DNA from: an uncultured Methanosarcinales archaeon
GTDB taxonomy: Archaea > Nanobdellota > Nanobdellia > Woesearchaeales > GW2011-AR15
Reading direction: 5' to 3'
NCBI GenBank assembly: GCA_964512765.1
Contig: CAZEKF010000001.1
Span: 66,366 to 130,365 of the forward strand
DNA: 64,000 nucleotides
In this document: positions 57,370 to 64,000 of the stretch, piece by piece
Layout of the letters: every line of letters starts with the position of its first letter
How positions within the stretch are numbered: the stretch's first letter is position 1
The notes under the pieces: generated by a model
The model's database searches: none
Told to the model about the DNA's origin: nothing
What the model saw: the letters and a program-made list of their open reading frames with translations, nothing else
Translations under genes and position numbers: made by a program

Positions 57370-58398
57370 ATGCCTAGACGTAGAAGACGAAAGAAAGGAA
57401 TAGTGTCACCTCTGTTAATAGTTCCTGTTGTACTTTCTGCGACTAGTTGTTATTTAGTTTATTCAGTTCTTAAGTCTGATGATGGTGCTCTGGCACAAAA
57501 CAATGTTGTAATGATAACCACAACCTCAGAATACACTGCTACTCCTGCATACACATTAACTGCTGTTCCACCTGAATTAACACCAGAGGCAACAGTTGTT
57601 TTACAAGATTCTCATGGAGAAGGTTTCCCTGCAATACCTGCTGAGTTATTTAGTGGGATTCCTTCTAACCCAGGGGGAGGAGCTTTAGACGGTAGTTTGT
57701 TGCCAACATCTACACAAATGCCAAGAATGGGCTCTGAAGATCAACAGCCAAGAGAAGAACCGAATAATCCACAACCTGATCTTGGGAACTGTGCTATTAC
57801 TTACCCGTTTCAAGGAACACTAGGAGTTGATTTTTCAAGAACCTCGGGACCCCATACTTATGGAGCAGCAATAAATGGGGTTTCTCAGAATGCAGAAGAT
57901 TATGGAACTGCTGCAAATGTTGATCCAGTAATAGCTGTAATCTCAGGCAAAGTACTTTACTCATCACATGCACAATTATTGATTGATGGTCCTTGTTACT
58001 GGGCTTATTATTATCATGTTGACCAAGACCTGAGATACGGTCAACAAGTTGAAATTGGTCAAGCTATTGGTAGAGAAGCTTGTAATGTTGATAGTACTTC
58101 AGCAGGTTGTAGTGGTCCTCACGTTCACCTTAATATTTACGTTAAAGCTCAAGGACGAAGTGTGCCATTATCAGCTCTTAATGTCACATCTTGGCCAAAA
58201 GGTAATTCATATAATCCCTTCCAGGAGATTAGCGTAGCTTCTGCTATAGATTTTTTAGTTGCAAAAGAAACTTTGCAGGGCTATGAAGCAACACCACATG
58301 CTTTTGTATCTAAACAATTAGCAAGCGGTATTTATGTGCCTTCTTCAAAGAAAAAAAATGTTTTAGATGAAATAGTATGGGACCAGCCAATTTTGTAA
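57370..58398 (+). CDS. Arg-tail signal-anchored M23-family (LytM/lysostaphin-like) metallopeptidase
   Basis: MPRRRRRKKG plus TM. M23 motifs YYHVDQD (HxxxD) and GPHVHLNIY (HxH). Ends DQPIL. Confidence 0.65.
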   Translation: MPRRRRRKKGIVSPLLIVPVVLSATSCYLVYSVLKSDDGALAQNNVVMITTTSEYTATPAYTLTAVPPELTPEATVVLQDSHGEGFPAIPAELFSGIPSNPGGGALDGSLLPTSTQMPRMGSEDQQPREEPNNPQPDLGNCAITYPFQGTLGVDFSRTSGPHTYGAAINGVSQNAEDYGTAANVDPVIAVISGKVLYSSHAQLLIDGPCYWAYYYHVDQDLRYGQQVEIGQAIGREACNVDSTSAGCSGPHVHLNIYVKAQGRSVPLSALNVTSWPKGNSYNPFQEISVASAIDFLVAKETLQGYEATPHAFVSKQLASGIYVPSSKKKNVLDEIVWDQPIL

Positions 58399-60632
58399 AT
58401 GGAATAGCACTTGTAACAACAGCTGCTAGGTTGTTGGTACCTGCTGCAGGAGAAGTAATAGCATCTGATACTGTAGAAAGCCCGCAACAATCTGTTTCTA
58501 TTTGCCAGGCAATTAATGATCCAGGCAGTATTGGTGGTGATCTAGGCAATTTAGTTAATGCACTGGCATCTGCAGCTAGCCAAGCGCCAAGACATGGTAT
58601 TGGAATGAATGGTGGTGTGGAAAAAATAACAGCAGACGTGTTTGGCTGCGGTGAAATGGAGTTAACTGGCAAGTTTTTATCAACACTACCTGCGGCAGTT
58701 GCATTGTACTATGAACAATCTGACATTTCTTCAATGATTTCCAATGCAAGAAGTTACCCAGGTGGTGACCCTAGCAATGAAATAAGATCTGCTGTAGTTG
58801 TTGCGTTGTCAATGACTGAAAAAGGTAGAAAGATATTATCTGATCATGGAATTAATGGAAACATTAACGATGGAGCACAATTATTAATGGCAGTAAACAG
58901 GTTTGATGGTAAAGGACACGACATTATACCTTTACAAGACGCGTATTATTTAAGAACAGCTCTTCAAAATGGTAGAATTGTTGATGCTACTGCTTATAAC
59001 GAGAAAGCAATGTGGTATTATCAACAGGTAATGTCCAGTCCAATTTTAAGAGCTACCATGACAAGGATATCGATTAGAGAATGGACTCACAGACATGGAG
59101 CACAAAGTTACTGGGTGCAAATGGGTGGACGAATTAATTATTATCCAGACCATCCATCAAAAATATTTAACAGTGGAAAATGGTCAAGTTCTGCCTATGG
59201 AAAATACCAGTGGTTGACAAAGACATGGAATGATTTTTCTAAAAAGTTTCTTAATGCTCCAGGAATGGATCCTGTTTCACAAGAGTTAGGCGCTCCTGTT
59301 TTAATGAGAGAAAAAAGAAGTTGTTTTGATTTAGTTAGAGCAGGAGATAGAAATAGTCTAACAAGTGCTTTATCAGAATTAGGCTGTGAATGGGCAGGTG
59401 TACCGAATAGCTTAGCCAGAAGTGGGTGTATTTCTGGACAAAATCCAGCTGAGTCTGGTCAAGCATTTATAGACGCTGTATTTAGTACACATCTTCAAGA
59501 AGCAGAAAATATGCAAGACCAAGCATTTAAAACATTGTCAAGTGCAGGCCATCTTGGACCTTATTTGATAGTGCCTGCATTTAATTTTCCTGCTGGGTCA
59601 GTTGTTAAACTGCATACAAGTTCAGGTATAGTTGAAGTTCAAGGTCCAATTGCTATTCCAACATCTAATTTAGGCGACTGGGCGCAAAACAATAACTGGT
59701 CAGATACACGCGCGGGAGAATATACACCAGGTAATGGTTCTATTCCAATGAGTTATGTTAAGTGGATTAATGAACCAGACATGAGGCCAGTTGTTAATGT
59801 TCCTCAAGACATTGTTGCTGCACCAGAAGATTATGTGTTAAGTGGTGGTGCATCTTCTGCACCAGGCAGTGTTCCTGCAATGCAACTTGACGACACAGCT
59901 GAGACACTTGGTGTAATAGATCAAACTAGAGTGTCATCATATGGTAAGTTTGATGTGGAGTACGATGATCTTATGACTGCGTTTATAAAATCAGATACAG
60001 AAGTTACGCTTAACATTAGATCAATGAATATGGAAACAATAATTCACCAAGATAATATGTTTAAAATTGCACTAGGTAAAAACCTTGAAGTTGAAGGAGA
60101 CAGTTTGTCCTTAATAGGTTGGGGTAATCAGTTTAACCTTGAAGTTAATCAAAATTCTGCTGTTTTACAGTTACCTCAAAGTGAGGGTTATTTTGGTATA
60201 GGACTTATTTATGAAACAAATGGTATTTCTTATATCTTAAATACCAAAACAATTTTTGAAAGTCCTGCGTTAAGAGGAGAGTTTACATTTTTCGAATTAG
60301 ATTTACCTACAATAACTGATGATAACATGCAAAACCTTGACATTGCAGCTGTTGAACTTTCATGGAAAATGTATCAAGAAACTTTTGGTATTGTTTATAA
60401 TCCAGAAGAAATTGTAGAAAGAAAAGCTGAATGGGAAAGATATTCAAGAGATACTAATCATCCAGCTAATTTCTTTTATGTAGAAGCTGTTGGTATGCTT
60501 GCAAACACACCTATTTTTGGATATAATGATTCAGGTGAAATAATTGCTCTTGAACATGTTACACAGAACATGTTATTGCCTGTTCAAACATATGAATCTA
60601 ATATTGATTATTATCAAGAAGTTATACCTTGA
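58377..60632 (+). CDS. Large hypothetical secreted/surface protein (751 aa) with a C-terminal ...QEVIP tag
   Basis: Overlaps the M23 gene by 22 nt. No Arg tail. Ends DYYQEVIP like the minus-strand family. Domains not recognised; a muralytic partner role is speculative. Confidence 0.35.
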   Translation: MGPANFVNGIALVTTAARLLVPAAGEVIASDTVESPQQSVSICQAINDPGSIGGDLGNLVNALASAASQAPRHGIGMNGGVEKITADVFGCGEMELTGKFLSTLPAAVALYYEQSDISSMISNARSYPGGDPSNEIRSAVVVALSMTEKGRKILSDHGINGNINDGAQLLMAVNRFDGKGHDIIPLQDAYYLRTALQNGRIVDATAYNEKAMWYYQQVMSSPILRATMTRISIREWTHRHGAQSYWVQMGGRINYYPDHPSKIFNSGKWSSSAYGKYQWLTKTWNDFSKKFLNAPGMDPVSQELGAPVLMREKRSCFDLVRAGDRNSLTSALSELGCEWAGVPNSLARSGCISGQNPAESGQAFIDAVFSTHLQEAENMQDQAFKTLSSAGHLGPYLIVPAFNFPAGSVVKLHTSSGIVEVQGPIAIPTSNLGDWAQNNNWSDTRAGEYTPGNGSIPMSYVKWINEPDMRPVVNVPQDIVAAPEDYVLSGGASSAPGSVPAMQLDDTAETLGVIDQTRVSSYGKFDVEYDDLMTAFIKSDTEVTLNIRSMNMETIIHQDNMFKIALGKNLEVEGDSLSLIGWGNQFNLEVNQNSAVLQLPQSEGYFGIGLIYETNGISYILNTKTIFESPALRGEFTFFELDLPTITDDNMQNLDIAAVELSWKMYQETFGIVYNPEEIVERKAEWERYSRDTNHPANFFYVEAVGMLANTPIFGYNDSGEIIALEHVTQNMLLPVQTYESNIDYYQEVIP

Positions 60633-62620
60633 GCTAACACAGAAAGATTGTCATACATTCTCTCTTTTACTTTGTGTTCATTAACACCATACAGTTCACA
60701 AAGCGGTTTTATTTTACCATACGGAATAAGTTTAACTAATCCGCATAAATCACTTGGTTTAAAGTCTAAGAAAGGTGCTAATTTTTCCAGAGTAGTTTTT
60801 AATCCTGTTCTACGAATGAGTTTTTGGACAATTGGGTGGTCATGATGACCATTGCTCATTCCTCTCATTACATCATAGACTTCTTTTGTTCTCTCTGCCA
60901 AGGGATTTTCACTTGGACTATGTTCAGGAAGTTCAGCTGAAAATTCGTCAAGTGTTTTGTAAATAGTTAATCTAATATAGTTAGTCATTATTTTTTTTCT
61001 TGCTTTTTCAATATGTTCTTCATCTATATTTAACAGCACAGATTCTTGTTCTTCTTGTGATAATTCTGTTAATGTTTCACTTACTTCAAATTCTGCAGCA
61101 GCTTCTCTCACTAAACCAACAGGAACATTTTTTAACAAAGTATATATTACTTCAGGATTGCCTCTAAATTTCGAATATTTAATCATGTCTGATCCTGAAA
61201 ATTGATAAAGTGGTAAAGACGTGTGAGCTGCATGATATTCTTTATACATGTCATCTAAACCATTTGTTTGGAGAGGACCTATTAATTGTTCAGCTAGAGC
61301 TGATCTAATCTCTGGCGGAACTGCAGTGAACATAAGATCATATTTATCTGAGTTTGTATCTAATGTTGTTCCTACTCTTCCTAATATCTCACAAAATCTT
61401 GTTAGTTCATGTTGAAGTATTTTTTTAAACTCAATGTCTGGAGGCATTTCACCAATTTTGTTTAAACTAGCATCCAAATACCATTGCCTAGCAAGTTTTG
61501 TTAGTTCTTCATAACTTAACTCAGGCATTAGTTTTGCTATTCTGGAATGTGTTCTTGCATATGTACTCGCTGTTCCTTCACTTACCATGTTTGGATCTTG
61601 GTTGAATAATAACCATGAAAATTGTATTTTAGTATCAGCAAACGGACCTTTTCTCGGATGCCTGGCTTCTTCTAAAAACAAATCATCTATACATGACGGA
61701 GGAGTATTTACCCACATAGAACTTGAATACTCTTTACCAAGATATTCTTGTGCAATAGCGTCGAATAGTGCAAGCATTGGCAAATCTGCTTTTATTCTTT
61801 CTAAAGCAACTTCTCCTATGTAACCAGTTTCTTCAATTAAATCAGCGTGTCTGTTAATCATACTAAGTGATTTTGCATATTCAACCAATGCAGGTTTTAA
61901 ATGTTCAGCCTGACCTTTAATTGATGCAATATCAATATGTTCCCAGATAGGTTTGTCAGATGCACCTGTTTCAAGAGTGTAAGAATTAACGTATTGACAT
62001 ATAATATTTTCTGTTACATCCAAAAGTCCTGTTATAAAACTATACATAGGATTTGAAGTTAAATGAATTTTTCTTAGTCTTCTTAGTAACTGATCCATAT
62101 CATTAGCTTCGTCTATTATAAAATCCAGATGTCCGAAAAAGTTACTTGGTGTAAGATTGCTTAAATTATCTTTTATGGTTCTATCTAAATTATGAATATA
62201 CATTTCACTGTCCAAAACACCGTTAAAAGATAAATTACTAAGAATAAGTTGTTCATATGTTTCATAGTTCAATAATCCTAGTCTAATTGCAAGAGAAATA
62301 GCATTAAAATTTATAGGAAAAATAGTTTTTTTAGATACACTGGCTGTGGATATAGGATCTAGTTTGCTTAGTGGAAAATGTGCTCTTGGAATGGATATGG
62401 TTTTTTCCTCATATTTAGGTATTAATTCTTCTTCAGTTAGCAAACCGCGCCATATTGTGTCTACTAAAACTAAATCAGGTTCTGGAACAAAAGGTATTTC
62501 TTCTTGAGGTTCAGGAAATAATGGTTTATGTCCATTTACCTGTTCTTGAGGTTTATAATCTCGAATATGTCTTGTACGAACTTGTGTTATTTCACGTACT
62601 CTAGTAGGTTTTTTCCCCAT
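60614..62620 (-). CDS. Hypothetical soluble protein (668 aa)
   Basis: Long ORF with no TM. Contains internal EEIP/EELIP peptides near the N-terminus. Function unknown. Confidence 0.3.
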   Translation of the reverse strand: MGKKPTRVREITQVRTRHIRDYKPQEQVNGHKPLFPEPQEEIPFVPEPDLVLVDTIWRGLLTEEELIPKYEEKTISIPRAHFPLSKLDPISTASVSKKTIFPINFNAISLAIRLGLLNYETYEQLILSNLSFNGVLDSEMYIHNLDRTIKDNLSNLTPSNFFGHLDFIIDEANDMDQLLRRLRKIHLTSNPMYSFITGLLDVTENIICQYVNSYTLETGASDKPIWEHIDIASIKGQAEHLKPALVEYAKSLSMINRHADLIEETGYIGEVALERIKADLPMLALFDAIAQEYLGKEYSSSMWVNTPPSCIDDLFLEEARHPRKGPFADTKIQFSWLLFNQDPNMVSEGTASTYARTHSRIAKLMPELSYEELTKLARQWYLDASLNKIGEMPPDIEFKKILQHELTRFCEILGRVGTTLDTNSDKYDLMFTAVPPEIRSALAEQLIGPLQTNGLDDMYKEYHAAHTSLPLYQFSGSDMIKYSKFRGNPEVIYTLLKNVPVGLVREAAAEFEVSETLTELSQEEQESVLLNIDEEHIEKARKKIMTNYIRLTIYKTLDEFSAELPEHSPSENPLAERTKEVYDVMRGMSNGHHDHPIVQKLIRRTGLKTTLEKLAPFLDFKPSDLCGLVKLIPYGKIKPLCELYGVNEHKVKERMYDNLSVLAQGITS

Positions 62621-62729
62621 TTTGCTACTAAAAAGTAATAAATATTATATAAATCTTTCCTTTTTGTTATTATTTGATAGTGGTTAAAAAAGTTAAATTT
62701 AAATATAAATTTGTTTTACAGAGGGTAAA

Positions 62730-64000
62730 ATGGCTAGTAGAGCGAAGAGACGTAGAAAACTTGTTAAGTTTGCTTTTGGAGCTATGGTACCTCTTACTGC
62801 TTTGTCATTAGGTTTTCTAGGTTACACAGTTCTTAATCCAGAAGGTGCTAAAAAACTTATAGTAAATGCATTTGATGGACTTCCTGAAATATCAATTTCG
62901 GACTTATTAGGAGATATAGATGTGAATTTGCCTAGTCTTCAAGACTTAATTCTTGGAGAAAGAAATCCTGAGGAAGGAGTGTTTAATCTAACTCTTTTTG
63001 GAAATACAGATTACAGATACTCAATAAAAACTGATTTTTTAGCAGTGCTAAGTTCTGGTGATTTAGGTGTTTCAACAGGTAATTTAAATATTTCTAGCCA
63101 AACTATCTTACTTTTACCAGAAGCTATACTAAGAGCACAATATCCACTTGTTGGTCAAGGGCCTAAATTTAGCTTATACAATGATTTTGAACTGCTTCAC
63201 GATACTAATGTGTGCATGCCAAAAGAAGATAAATTTGATTGTGCAGTTTATCCTGCAGGTACAGTGTTCTCAGGAGAAGAACATTTAGGCCAGATTCCAT
63301 TGGTAGTTACACCAAGGAAAGTATTACAAGGTCCACAATTATTAGATGCAGACGGTAATCCAAAATTTGATAATCACGTGATTTTTTCTTTTATTGATTA
63401 TGCAGGAATGGTAACTAATTCAGGATCATTCCAACTGTATGCAACACCTGAAGAAGTTTATGAATTAATGCAAGGTACAGAATTAACACTTCAGCAAGCA
63501 GAACAACAAGTAATTGATCAAAAACAACAAGCATTAGATTCGCTTTTATTAGAATTTTTTGATGAGAATGGTGCTGTAAAACAAGATGCGTTTTATGAAG
63601 ATCCATTAACCCAAGAAAAATTCTATGGTCAACAAGGATTTTGGGAAGCTATAATGGATGCAAATTTAGCTCCAACTAAAGAATCTGTACAAAAACAGGT
63701 CACGCAAGGTTATGTTAGTACAACCATGGTTTGGGAGACAGCTCCTGGTTCAATATCAGTTCAGTTAATGGATCTTGAACATGGAAATGTTAAATTTAAA
63801 AACATAATAAGAGACTGGTTTGATACTATTACAACAGATCCTAATACAGGTCAATCTTTAGAGTTCGAAAACAAAGCAATAGCACTTGATAGAGTTAGTG
63901 ATATTCCTCATGGTTTTGTAGAATGGTTTAATCAATACGTAGGCGGTCCTTTATTATATGCTGGTCCAATCGAGGTTAATAATCTTCAACAACCTGCACG
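62730..64000 (+). CDS. Basic-tail (RAKRRRK) signal-anchored protein, 3'-partial (runs off the window)
   Basis: MASRAKRRRKLVKFAFGAMVPLTALSLGFLGYTVL gives a basic tail plus TM like the island family. Reading frame open to 64000. Not in the ORF track because no stop lies within the window. Confidence 0.45.
   Translation, partial: MASRAKRRRKLVKFAFGAMVPLTALSLGFLGYTVLNPEGAKKLIVNAFDGLPEISISDLLGDIDVNLPSLQDLILGERNPEEGVFNLTLFGNTDYRYSIKTDFLAVLSSGDLGVSTGNLNISSQTILLLPEAILRAQYPLVGQGPKFSLYNDFELLHDTNVCMPKEDKFDCAVYPAGTVFSGEEHLGQIPLVVTPRKVLQGPQLLDADGNPKFDNHVIFSFIDYAGMVTNSGSFQLYATPEEVYELMQGTELTLQQAEQQVIDQKQQALDSLLLEFFDENGAVKQDAFYEDPLTQEKFYGQQGFWEAIMDANLAPTKESVQKQVTQGYVSTTMVWETAPGSISVQLMDLEHGNVKFKNIIRDWFDTITTDPNTGQSLEFENKAIALDRVSDIPHGFVEWFNQYVGGPLLYAGPIEVNNLQQPA

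Noticed and set aside
57370-60632. Treating 57370..58398 and 58377..60632 as one frameshifted gene
   Set aside because: This is possible, but the M23 ORF ends with a plausible terminus and the downstream ORF has its own ATG in a typical 22-nt overlap. They are kept separate and flagged for read-level checking.
45092-64000. Integrated provirus or plasmid as the explanation of the island
   Set aside because: I could find no integrase, capsid, terminase or replication-initiator signature, and no flanking tRNA or direct repeats. The region is called an accessory island only.
1-64000. rRNA genes and CRISPR arrays
   Set aside because: No long non-coding GC-rich stretches and no regularly spaced direct repeats were seen. 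Coding density is high throughout.

Overview
The window is AT-rich (roughly one-third GC by eye), densely coding archaeal DNA. The archaeal call rests on a SecY with the LPEV N-terminus, AglB/STT3, aIF5B, aEF-1beta, Trm1, a RIO kinase, CDC48 and a Fap7-type kinase. Several genes appear leaderless with TATA-like boxes. The composition and gene set look like a small-genome (DPANN-like) archaeon, but that is inference. The window has four parts. (1) 1-15.5 kb is a protein-glycosylation island. It holds SecY (5'-truncated), AglB, a pair of small 4-TM flippase-like proteins, an SDR sugar epimerase, two processive QxxRW GT2 synthases, three GT-C-like polytopic membrane proteins, and a Dol-P-sugar synthase. 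(2) 15.5-45 kb is a mixed housekeeping block. It includes a CspA-type cold-shock gene, a glmS-DMT-glmU-glmM UDP-GlcNAc operon and translation and RNA-modification genes. It also carries two paralogous LAGLIDADG-like homing-endonuclease-type genes, each preceded by GTCCAGTG repeats. One sits immediately upstream of aIF5B. The other splits a Zn-ribbon/EF-1beta gene pair. An intact metA sits next to a decayed metY remnant. (3) 45-64 kb is a compositionally distinct accessory island (its proteins are richer in G, P, T, Q and W) and is the most interesting part. It carries a multigene family, five members tandem on the minus strand plus at least two on the plus strand. Members share a modular architecture: Met-(Ala/Thr/Pro)-Arg6-9 N-terminus, one TM signal-anchor, a Thr/Pro-rich stalk, then a different hydrolytic domain in each gene. 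The five minus-strand members and the 58377..60632 protein end in a conserved C-terminal ...E-x-I-P-COOH motif. The domains seen are a calcineurin-like metallophosphatase, a beta-propeller GH-like domain, NlpC/P60 plus a HEXXH metalloprotease, a CX5R phosphatase plus a phosphodiester-glycosidase domain, a TIM-barrel GH-like domain, and an M23 peptidase. Four of these genes are separated by identical 6-nt spacers. Promoters and 5' ends are duplicated at the nucleotide level. The island also has a protein with a 645-bp internal tandem duplication and three large proteins of unknown function. I found no rRNA, CRISPR array or confident tRNA.
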